Positions 47,531 to 53,136 of a DNA stretch of 53,136 nucleotides are shown one piece after another. Below the pieces are notes generated by a model. The model saw only the letters and a list, made by a program, of their open reading frames with translations. It made no database searches and was not told the DNA's origin. Each line of letters begins with the position of its first letter. Within the stretch, counting starts at the first letter, position 1. This stretch comes from Alphaproteobacteria bacterium (GTDB taxonomy: Bacteria > Pseudomonadota > Alphaproteobacteria > UBA9219), in the NCBI GenBank assembly GCA_049276515.1, contig JBASWO010000111.1, positions 1 to 53,136 on the forward strand. Direction: 5' to 3'. The translations under genes were made by a program, and so were the position numbers.

Positions 47531-48748
47531 GTGACCACCCCTTTAGATCCGAACAATTCGCTGAAACGAGATTCCCTCATTATGGGATTGATTGGCTCAG
47601 CGCATTTTACCAGCCATTTCTTTCAATTGAGCCTGCCGCCGCTTTTTCCCCTTCTGCATGATCATTTTAATGTCAGCTATGTCGAACTGGGATCCATTCT
47701 GACCATTTTTTATCTTGTTTCAGGTATCTGCCAAGCTTTTGCCGGCATTCTTGTAGATCATTATGGGGCACGCCGCATTTTGATAGGCGGCATTGGCTTG
47801 ATGGCGACCTGCGTAGGTCTCATGGGGTTTGTGACAGAATTTTGGATGCTTTACCCGCTGATGGCTCTCGCCGGTCTTGGCAATGGCGTTTTCCACCCCG
47901 CAGACCTCTCAGCCCTTTCCCATCAGGTGAGTAAACGCCGATTAGGGCGCGCCTATAGTATTCATGCAGCATCGGGGCGGTTTGGTTTTGCCAACGCCCC
48001 ACTTCTTGTAGGCACACTAGCCACTCTAGTTGATTGGCGCCTAGCTCTTTGGGTTGCTGGCGGCTTTGGCTGGATCATCACCTTGATCTTTATCCTCTAT
48101 AGCCATCATGTCATGCCGGATCATGGCGATGGCCACCATGCGCACAACCATCCCAAAGTTACCTATCTCAAAATCATCACGACACCCGCCATTTTGCTGG
48201 GCATTGGCTATTTTATTTTTACAACCGCCGCAGGAAGTGGCTTTCAAGCCTTCTCGAGCGTTTCCTTTGTCGAATTTTTTCATGTCGAGCTGCATGTCGC
48301 TGCCTCTATGCTCTCGGCTTTTCTGGTGAGCTCGGCAACAGGTATGCTCTTAGGCGGCTTCATTGCCGATCACACAGAAAAGCATGTGAGTGTTGCCGTG
48401 ATAGGCCTTGGCATGAGCGCTGTTCTGATGAGTGTTCTGGCGGTTGATGTCCTACCCTTAGCGCTCGTAACAATCTTGATCTGCATTATTGGTTTATCGG
48501 AAGGCGTGGTCTCACCGTCGCGTGATATTCTCATTAAAGGTGCCGCGCCGCCTGGCTCAACGGGACGCGTTTTTGGCTTTGTTTATTCTGGTGTCGATGC
48601 TGGCGCCACATTAGCACCCTTATTCTTTGGCCTTCTTATCGATGCGCACGCCTATCATATGCTGTTTGCTGTGGTCGCTTTGCTGTATGCTGCCGGCATT
48701 CCTTTTGTCATTCCCATTGGCAGGCGCCAACTTGCCAAGAGAGCATAA
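47531..48748 (+). CDS. MFS transporter (12 TM), unknown substrate
   Basis: GILVDHYGARRIL (motif A-like) and 12 TM segments. GTG start. Confidence 0.8.
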   Translation: MTTPLDPNNSLKRDSLIMGLIGSAHFTSHFFQLSLPPLFPLLHDHFNVSYVELGSILTIFYLVSGICQAFAGILVDHYGARRILIGGIGLMATCVGLMGFVTEFWMLYPLMALAGLGNGVFHPADLSALSHQVSKRRLGRAYSIHAASGRFGFANAPLLVGTLATLVDWRLALWVAGGFGWIITLIFILYSHHVMPDHGDGHHAHNHPKVTYLKIITTPAILLGIGYFIFTTAAGSGFQAFSSVSFVEFFHVELHVAASMLSAFLVSSATGMLLGGFIADHTEKHVSVAVIGLGMSAVLMSVLAVDVLPLALVTILICIIGLSEGVVSPSRDILIKGAAPPGSTGRVFGFVYSGVDAGATLAPLFFGLLIDAHAYHMLFAVVALLYAAGIPFVIPIGRRQLAKRA

Positions 48749-48801
48749 TTTACTTTTGTTGCCAGCATTGATAGAGTTGCCTTCTGTAACTGGAGATTTT
48801 T

Positions 48802-49080
48802 ATGGATAAAACCTCAGCAATTTTGACAGCTATTATGACTTTAGCGCTCGTGATCCTTATCGCACCGAACGTTATTGCCATGAACCGCGGCAAAGCTTTG
48901 CGTAATATCGCCCTCTGGCTCGCGATCTTCGCTGGGCTTGGTATAATCTATAAAACCTTTGGCCCTGGCAGCAATCAGCCACTCTTTAATGGCCCCGGCA
49001 TGATGCAATCAGAGCAGGATACAACACTTCCTATGCCGGGCGATGATGGCAGCCAGGGTTTTACGCCGCCGAAAGAGTAG
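48802..49080 (+). CDS. small two-TM membrane protein, unknown function
   Basis: GGAG SD 7 nt upstream. Two hydrophobic segments, then a polar tail. Its 3' end overlaps the convergent CinA-like gene by 20 nt. Confidence 0.5.
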   Translation: MDKTSAILTAIMTLALVILIAPNVIAMNRGKALRNIALWLAIFAGLGIIYKTFGPGSNQPLFNGPGMMQSEQDTTLPMPGDDGSQGFTPPKE

Positions 49081-49828
49081 TCTCTTCAATTTTGGGCTCG
49101 CCCTTATTGCGAGCGACCATAGAAAATACATCTTGAGACGCCTTTTGAACCGCAGCTTTATCCGTGCCGCGCACAACGAGGGTTGTTCCCCAACGCCCCT
49201 CACGCTGCCAAGGATAGGAACCAATATCGAGATCAGCATAAGATGCGGCAAGCGCGGCTAATTCATCCGCTACAACATTTTCAGGTATTTGCGCCACGAT
49301 TGAGACCATATGTATCGTGGGGCCATGTTCTAACGTGGTGATAAGATGATCCATCATGCTCTGCATAATGTTAGGAACACCTGCCATCACATAAACATTT
49401 TCAACTGAAAAACCTGGCGCGATGCTGACAGGATTATCGATCAACTGGGCACCCTCCGGCATGCGCGCCATACGTAAGCGTGCCGCATTAAGTTTGGCGG
49501 CTGTGTAATGTGCCTCTAAGCGTTTGCGCGCTTCTGGATTTTCAACAATGGGTCTCCCGAAAGCTTTAGCGATCGAGTCAGCCGTAATATCGTCATGCGT
49601 TGCGCCAATTCCACCGGTTGTAAAAACATACGTATATTGTCTCCGCATCTCATTTACAGCTCTTACAATATGCTCTTCGATGTCGGCGACCACACGCGCT
49701 TCAGCGAGCTTGATACCAACCGACGTCAATTTCACAGCGATGTAATTGAGATTACTGTCCCGCGTGCGGCCTGACAGGATTTCATTGCCAATAATTAGGA
49801 CAGCTGCCGTTGGGTTTTTATCAGCCAT
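49061..49828 (-). CDS. CinA-N/MoCF-binding domain protein (competence/damage-inducible protein A-like, molybdopterin-binding fold)
   Basis: Start reset to ATG 49828, giving MADKNPTAAVLIIGNEILSGRTRDSNL, plus FTTGGIGATHDDIT. 8-nt overlap with the upstream ORF. Confidence 0.82.
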   Translation of the reverse strand: MADKNPTAAVLIIGNEILSGRTRDSNLNYIAVKLTSVGIKLAEARVVADIEEHIVRAVNEMRRQYTYVFTTGGIGATHDDITADSIAKAFGRPIVENPEARKRLEAHYTAAKLNAARLRMARMPEGAQLIDNPVSIAPGFSVENVYVMAGVPNIMQSMMDHLITTLEHGPTIHMVSIVAQIPENVVADELAALAASYADLDIGSYPWQREGRWGTTLVVRGTDKAAVQKASQDVFSMVARNKGEPKIEETTLSAA

Positions 49829-50303
49829 GTTTTGCTTTAAACTCGAATAGTTTTGAACGCTGCACCGGTAAAGATGGCAGATCTGCATGGTGTATAGCGC
49901 GACGCATAGGCGATGGTGAATAGAAAATATCTTGAATTTGCAAGATGGTAAAAACAACCTTCCTCACACTTATTTTCTCAACACCTAATTGCTCAAGCTC
50001 AAAAACCAGAACTGGTGTTTGAATATCAGTGCGGCGTAAAATTGTTTGTTTTGTATCAACATAAACCGCGGCCAATCTTAGACCAAGCTTACGACCAAGG
50101 ATGGCCATGATCAGCGACATATTATTGAGAACGACAGGCGAGCTTAACCGTAGTGCGGCAATCTGCTCTATCTGCTGCCAATCCTTTAGCCCTTTTTCTA
50201 AATCTGAAGGATATCCGGGCTGTCCGCGACCAGCCATTGCCAAGGCGGCATCCTGAAAGGCCGTTAAAGAAAATTCTTGTTCTCGAGGTAGAATCTTCAC
50301 CAT
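49821..50303 (-). CDS. hypothetical protein (160 aa)
   Basis: Long ORF in operon context, with overlaps or short gaps on both sides. I recognised no family. Confidence 0.5.
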   Translation of the reverse strand: MVKILPREQEFSLTAFQDAALAMAGRGQPGYPSDLEKGLKDWQQIEQIAALRLSSPVVLNNMSLIMAILGRKLGLRLAAVYVDTKQTILRRTDIQTPVLVFELEQLGVEKISVRKVVFTILQIQDIFYSPSPMRRAIHHADLPSLPVQRSKLFEFKAKHG

Positions 50304-50306
50304 GAC

Positions 50307-50543
50307 TTACTGCTGGGTACACACAGCTGAAACATAAATGCTGCGCGGCATCTGAATGACGCCTTTTGCCTTGATCTCCGCAACGTAATTATTTTCATCA
50401 GCTATAAGTTTTTGCTGCTCAGCTAACACAGCACTCCGTGCCTGCTGACAATTATCCATGCTTGTAAAAGGTGTTTGATAATTGGATGGCTGTTGGCCCG
50501 TGAAAAACCAGGTCACCAATAAAAGGACAGCTCCGCTATTCAT
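50307..50543 (-). CDS. small hypothetical protein with hydrophobic N-terminus and two Cys (possibly secreted)
   Basis: AGGAG SD 6 nt upstream. N-terminus MNSGAVLLLVTWFF. 78 aa. Confidence 0.5.
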   Translation of the reverse strand: MNSGAVLLLVTWFFTGQQPSNYQTPFTSMDNCQQARSAVLAEQQKLIADENNYVAEIKAKGVIQMPRSIYVSAVCTQQ

Positions 50544-50566
50544 GACAATCTCCTGCCAAATAACAT

Positions 50567-50596
50567 AAACCCCGCCTTCTTTCGAAGGCGGGGTTT
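50567..50596 (-). terminator. strong hairpin downstream of hppA (terminator or attenuator)
   Basis: 13-bp stem (AAACCCCGCCTTC/GAAGGCGGGGTTT) with a 4-nt loop. The U-tract on the minus strand is weak. It lies only 24 nt upstream of the next gene's ATG. Confidence 0.5.
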
Positions 50597-50623
50597 AGCT
50601 TAGACCAGGAATGAGGTCTTGTC

Positions 50624-52729
50624 TTACATCTTGAGGCTTGCGAGCACTGCTAGCAACAAAATGGCGACAATATTGATGATTTTGATCATCGGGTTAATCG
50701 CGGGACCTGCGGTATCCTTGTAGGGATCGCCAACAGTGTCACCCGTAACAGCGGCTTTATGAGCTTCTGAGCCCTTACCACCGTGATTACCTTCTTCGAT
50801 GTACTTCTTAGCATTGTCCCAAGCACCACCACCCGAGGTCATCGAGATAGCAACGAAGATACCCGTGATGATCGTACCCAGCAGCATAGCCCCCAAAGCC
50901 GTGAAGGCTTGAGCTTGGCCAGCAGCGCAGTTAACGATGACATAAAGGACAACAGGTGCTGCAACCGGCAACAAGGATGGTACAACCATTTCCTTGATCG
51001 CTGATTTGGTCAGCATGTCAACGGCACGACCGTAATCGGGCTTGCCCTTGCCTTCCATGATGCCTTTGATTTCACGGAACTGACGACGCACTTCCTGCAC
51101 AACCGTACCTGCAGCGCGGCCAACAGCGGTCATCGCCATCGCACCGAACAGATAAGGCAAAGCACCGCCGATGAAGAGACCTACAACCACGTATGGATTT
51201 TGTAGATCAAATTGAACATCGACGTTCGGGAAATAATGCTTCAGATCTTCGATGTAAGCAGCGAAGAGAACCAATGAAGCCAGGGCGGCTGATGCAATCG
51301 CATAGCCCTTCGTGACAGCCTTGGTTGTGTTACCAACAGCATCCAAAGCATCCGTTGTGACACGAATGTCTTTTGGCATGTTCGACATTTCGGCGATACC
51401 GCCAGCATTGTCTGTCACAGGACCATAAGCATCGAGAGCCACGATCATGCCAGCCAATGCCAACATGGTTGTTGCCGCAATCGCGATACCAAACAGACCA
51501 GCATTCATGAAGGCAAAGATGATGCCAACGCAAATAACAACGACAGGCAAGGTTGTCGATTCCATTGAAACCGCTAAACCTTGAATGACATTGGTACCAT
51601 GACCATTCGCTGAAGCCGCAGCAACAGAGCGAACAGGACGATACTCAGTTGAGGTGTAGTATTCTGTGATCCACACCATGAGTGCTGTAACAGCAAGACC
51701 GATGCCGGCGCAAACCATCAGCTGAATGCTGCTAATTGACGTGCCGTTGATCATTTGAACAGAACCATGCATGCCCATCAGGCCATTGATCAAAAGAACG
51801 ATCAAAGCGGCTGAGATCACACCTGTAACAACAAGGCCCTTATATAAGGCACCCATGATGTTCTTATCGCGCTTGCCAAGACGTACGAAATACGTACCAG
51901 CAACTGAAGCTGCGATACACACAGCGCCAATGAGAAGCGGCAGGATCATCATAACTTCGCGAGCCTTACCTTCAAAGAAGGTCGCTGCGAGCAACATTGT
52001 TGCAACCATGGTTACGGCATAGGTTTCGAACAAGTCAGCTGCCATACCGGCGCAATCACCAACATTGTCGCCTACGTTATCAGCGATAACAGCAGGGTTA
52101 CGGGGGTCATCTTCCGGAATCCCGGCTTCAACTTTACCAACCAGATCAGCGCCAACGTCAGCGCCTTTGGTGAAGATGCCGCCACCAAGACGAGCAAAGA
52201 TGGAGATTAAGGAAGCACCAAAGCTAAGAGCAACCAGAGCTTCAATGATAGGACGCATATTGCCGCCATCCGTACCTTTCCAGCAGAGAAGCGCGTAGTA
52301 GTAGCCGCTCACACCGAGAAGACCGAGACCAACAACCAAAAGACCTGTGATCGCACCAGCGCGGAAAGCAACGCTGAGAGCTTCTTTCATGCTTTCTTTT
52401 GCAGCTGCTGCAGTACGCACATTTGAGCGTACCGAGACATTCATGCCGACATAACCAGCAAGACCTGAAAGAACAGCGCCGATGATGAAACCAACTGCGA
52501 CGTGCAAGCCGAGGAAAAGGCCAAGAGCGATACAGATAACGATACCAACAATGCCAATCGTCATATACTGACGGTTCAGATAGGCTGAAGCGCCTTCCTG
52601 AATGGCCGCTGCAATTTCTTGCATGCGTGGCGTGCCTGCCGATGACATCAAAACTTGGCGGGTGGTCAGGATCCCATAGATAAGGGCCAAAACACCGCAG
52701 CCGAAAATCAGCATAAATTCGTTATTCAT
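50624..52729 (-). CDS. hppA: membrane-bound H+-translocating pyrophosphatase, K+-independent type
   Basis: Diagnostic motifs [27 protein letters not shown] and GNTTKA (Lys variant indicates K+ independence). Start reset to ATG 52729 (GAGGA SD), giving [12 protein letters not shown]. Confidence 0.95.
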   Translation of the reverse strand: MNNEFMLIFGCGVLALIYGILTTRQVLMSSAGTPRMQEIAAAIQEGASAYLNRQYMTIGIVGIVICIALGLFLGLHVAVGFIIGAVLSGLAGYVGMNVSVRSNVRTAAAAKESMKEALSVAFRAGAITGLLVVGLGLLGVSGYYYALLCWKGTDGGNMRPIIEALVALSFGASLISIFARLGGGIFTKGADVGADLVGKVEAGIPEDDPRNPAVIADNVGDNVGDCAGMAADLFETYAVTMVATMLLAATFFEGKAREVMMILPLLIGAVCIAASVAGTYFVRLGKRDKNIMGALYKGLVVTGVISAALIVLLINGLMGMHGSVQMINGTSISSIQLMVCAGIGLAVTALMVWITEYYTSTEYRPVRSVAAASANGHGTNVIQGLAVSMESTTLPVVVICVGIIFAFMNAGLFGIAIAATTMLALAGMIVALDAYGPVTDNAGGIAEMSNMPKDIRVTTDALDAVGNTTKAVTKGYAIASAALASLVLFAAYIEDLKHYFPNVDVQFDLQNPYVVVGLFIGGALPYLFGAMAMTAVGRAAGTVVQEVRRQFREIKGIMEGKGKPDYGRAVDMLTKSAIKEMVVPSLLPVAAPVVLYVIVNCAAGQAQAFTALGAMLLGTIITGIFVAISMTSGGGAWDNAKKYIEEGNHGGKGSEAHKAAVTGDTVGDPYKDTAGPAINPMIKIINIVAILLLAVLASLKM

Positions 52730-52875
52730 TGTATTCCTCGTGACGTTCACTGGATTTTTATAAGAAACGCCAGCCAGGTAAACGGCCAGCGCGAGATGGC
52801 GGGTACTTTGCCTAAAGATAGTAGGCAAAGCAAGAGGCTTTCAAAACAAAGACTTAGCGAGTCGGGGGAGGATTT

Positions 52876-53136
52876 TTACAGCATGCGCTGTGCAACGCCC
52901 TGAACCAGAACGTTTTTAATTTCGTCAGCGCCAACAGTTTCTTTGAGTGCTGCAGTGGCCTTGGCTTTGATTTTACTGACATCAACCAGCTTACCATTAC
53001 GCAAACTACCCTGCCCCAAGCCGCCATAAAGTGCGCGCATCAAAGAATCGACAACCCGTGGCATCATGCTGTGCATCTTATCGGCAGTATCAAAATCCTT
53101 AACCTCAACATCGAGCTGAAAGGTGATGATTTGCTC
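52876..53136 (-). CDS. hypothetical protein, N-terminus outside the window
   Basis: The frame stays open from the stop at 52876 to the window edge (…EQIITFQLDVEVKDFDTADKMHSMMPRVV…), so ATG 53076 is probably internal. No family recognised. Confidence 0.45.
   Translation of the reverse strand, partial: EQIITFQLDVEVKDFDTADKMHSMMPRVVDSLMRALYGGLGQGSLRNGKLVDVSKIKAKATAALKETVGADEIKNVLVQGVAQRML

Noticed and set aside
52730-52828. N-terminal extensions proposed by the ORF track, for example hppA 52730-52828
   Set aside because: Similar over-extensions occur at 3050-3070, 4831-4842, 10362-10418, 21788-21904, 29973-30059, 30759-30803, 30861-30926, 35882-35902, 41142-41189, 42609-42653, 45127-45195 and 49829-49957. 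In each case an internal ATG has a well-spaced Shine-Dalgarno and yields a proper signal peptide or the family-typical N-terminus. Several extended starts are TTG/GTG codons or lie within the SD itself.

Overview
Gene-dense bacterial chromosomal window of moderate GC (not computed). It is most consistent with an alphaproteobacterium, based on exo-type succinoglycan gene order, VPLPA-type C-terminal sorting signals and an H+-PPase. I found no rRNA, CRISPR array, transposase, integrase or obvious prophage. There is one tRNA, tRNA-Ser(GGA). Positions 1-30.1 kb form a single large exopolysaccharide (EPS) locus. It holds a beta-helix glycanase/lyase gene cut by the window edge and missed by the ORF track, then a priming sugar transferase. 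Next is an ExeA/GspA-like ATPase translationally coupled to a small cysteine-rich secreted protein. A roughly 11.6-kb tightly overlapped operon follows: Wza-like exporter, OMP, chain-length determinant, BY-kinase-like ATPase, GT4, then GH16 plus four glycosyltransferases in the S. meliloti exoK-L-A-M-O order, then a Wzy-like polymerase. The locus also has convergent tailoring genes (pyruvyl transferase, acyltransferase, Gfo/Idh/MocA oxidoreductase, SDR epimerase, GT-A), a Wzx flippase and a GT2. It ends with an exosortase-EpsI fusion, a PrsT-like TPR lipoprotein and two paralogous secreted proteins carrying a [VM]PLPAALPLFGMGLLGLAALRR sorting tail. Positions 30.3-34.0 kb hold envelope-related genes: DUF2141, an internally duplicated TPR protein, and a leaderless pair of predicted peptidoglycan hydrolases. 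The remainder is mixed housekeeping and accessory. It includes a TMEM175-like channel with a coupled partner, and a cold-shock protein followed by a DExD (DETD) helicase with a tandem-repeat Arg-rich tail. It also includes three MFS transporters, DUF1428, AI-2E, YqhA, an orphan SBP, a VOC protein, a beta-carbonic anhydrase and HU. The final stretch holds a small-peptide plus membrane-protein pair, a CinA-like operon and a K+-independent H+-PPase. Many ORF-track entries are 5'-over-extended (TTG/GTG or upstream ATG). I re-set their starts using Shine-Dalgarno spacing, signal peptides and family N-termini. All family assignments come from motif recognition by eye; no searches were run.
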